Below, piece after piece: positions 36,059 through 36,696 of a stretch of 36,696 nt of DNA (position 1 is its first letter; every line of letters starts with the position of its first letter). This stretch comes from a virus. Taxonomy: Duplodnaviria > Caudoviricetes. The DNA lies in the IMG/VR virus record IMGVR_UViG_3300037608_000072, positions 1 to 36,696 of that record; one strand, 5' to 3'. The notes beneath the pieces are model-generated. The model saw nothing but the letters and a program-made list of their open reading frames with translations, searched no databases and had not been told where the DNA came from. A program made the position numbers and the translations under genes.

Positions 36059-36121
36059 TTAAAAAAAGATTGTGGACTTTAAAAGGTCTCATAAAACCTT
36101 CCGAACTGCCCGTTATTCCGG

Positions 36122-36158
36122 TATATAGTTGTTTTTTCGCCTAAAAAACAACTATATA
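36122..36158. repeat. Perfect 16-bp inverted repeat
   Basis: TATATAGTTGTTTTTT-CGCCT-AAAAAACAACTATATA. Confidence 0.8.
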
Positions 36159-36298
36159 TTTGAATATCAGATAGATATACTTAATTTAAGCTATTCCAAC
36201 CCATACATTTATAGGTCTTAAAGGGTATCCAATCCACTCAGAAACGGCATATTCAAAGCATTAAACTGTCACAAAGGATATTCAATCAAATGATTTTT

Positions 36299-36330
36299 GG
36301 CACTATTTAGGCACTAACTAGGCACTAACT
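36299..36330. repeat. Three GGCACTA direct repeats with 11-bp period
   Basis: Copies start at 36299, 36310 and 36321. Confidence 0.8.
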
Positions 36331-36566
36331 CGTGTATAAATCGTATTTTAAGCAAAAATAGCCGGTTTGGTACGGCCACAAAACAGGAGGCCAAACAACC
36401 CGGTAAACCTACCTGTAAGGGCATAAAAAAACAGGCCTGTTTTAGCCTGTTTTGCCTTGTTTTATAACCTTTTACGGTATATTGCCCGGTACTATTAACC
36501 TATGTCGGTATATCGGTTAATTTTTGCCCATACAAATTAACCACCTCTTTACCTTTTATTAACCTT

Positions 36567-36660
36567 CTTGTACTATTTGTTTTTTATCACTTACATGTAA
36601 AGTTCTAATATTCAAACGTTTTAATCTTTGGCGTTTGTATAATTTGTGTTTATCCCCTTA
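36567..36660 (-). repeat. Right terminal repeat with two putative transposase-binding sites
   Basis: Reverse complements AAACACAAATTATACAAA (36634-36651) and AAAAACAAATAGTACAAG (about 36567-36585) match the left-end motif. Confidence 0.7.
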
Positions 36661-36696
36661 CTTTTTTAAAACCAAACTTATCAAGAATGAATGAAG

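Larger units (their letters stand above)
161..36660. mobile_element. Mu-like transposable prophage, siphovirus-type tail, Bacteroidota host
   Basis: Transposase plus AAA ATPase next to a divergent repressor; DUF935-type portal, MuF, gp36-like and gpG-like genes; terminase, capsid, lysis and tail genes; imperfect terminal inverted repeats. Confidence 0.92.

Overview
Nearly the whole window (about 161-36660) is an apparently complete Mu-like transposable prophage with a non-contractile (siphovirus-type) tail. The host is probably a Bacteroidota member, judged from TAnnTTTG promoter motifs and A/T-rich translation starts. From the right end it carries: repressor; Ner-like gene; transposase and two ATPases; small early genes; two KilA-N genes; a + strand terminase-portal-MuF-neck block; and a divergent - strand block of Clp protease, capsid, lysis, tail tube, tape measure and tail-tip/adhesin genes. 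The ends are TAA...TTA with repeated putative transposase-binding motifs and no target-site duplication. The left flank is part of an interrupted host oxidoreductase gene. Most notable observations: (1) a self-contained structured small RNA with an rRNA-like GUGA hairpin sits where the immunity gene of the toxin-like MuF extension would be; (2) an A10 tract could fuse portal to the start-less MuF by a -1 shift; (3) a DGR-type variable region has no template or RT in the phage; (4) a C4/CI-like antisense switch precedes a KilA-N gene; (5) two blocks are swapped in frame within an FN3-like repeat protein; (6) a tRNA-like element lies in the early operon; (7) four families of palindromic or heptamer repeats colonise gene junctions and ORFs. 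All functional calls come from reading motifs and synteny by eye, not from database searches.
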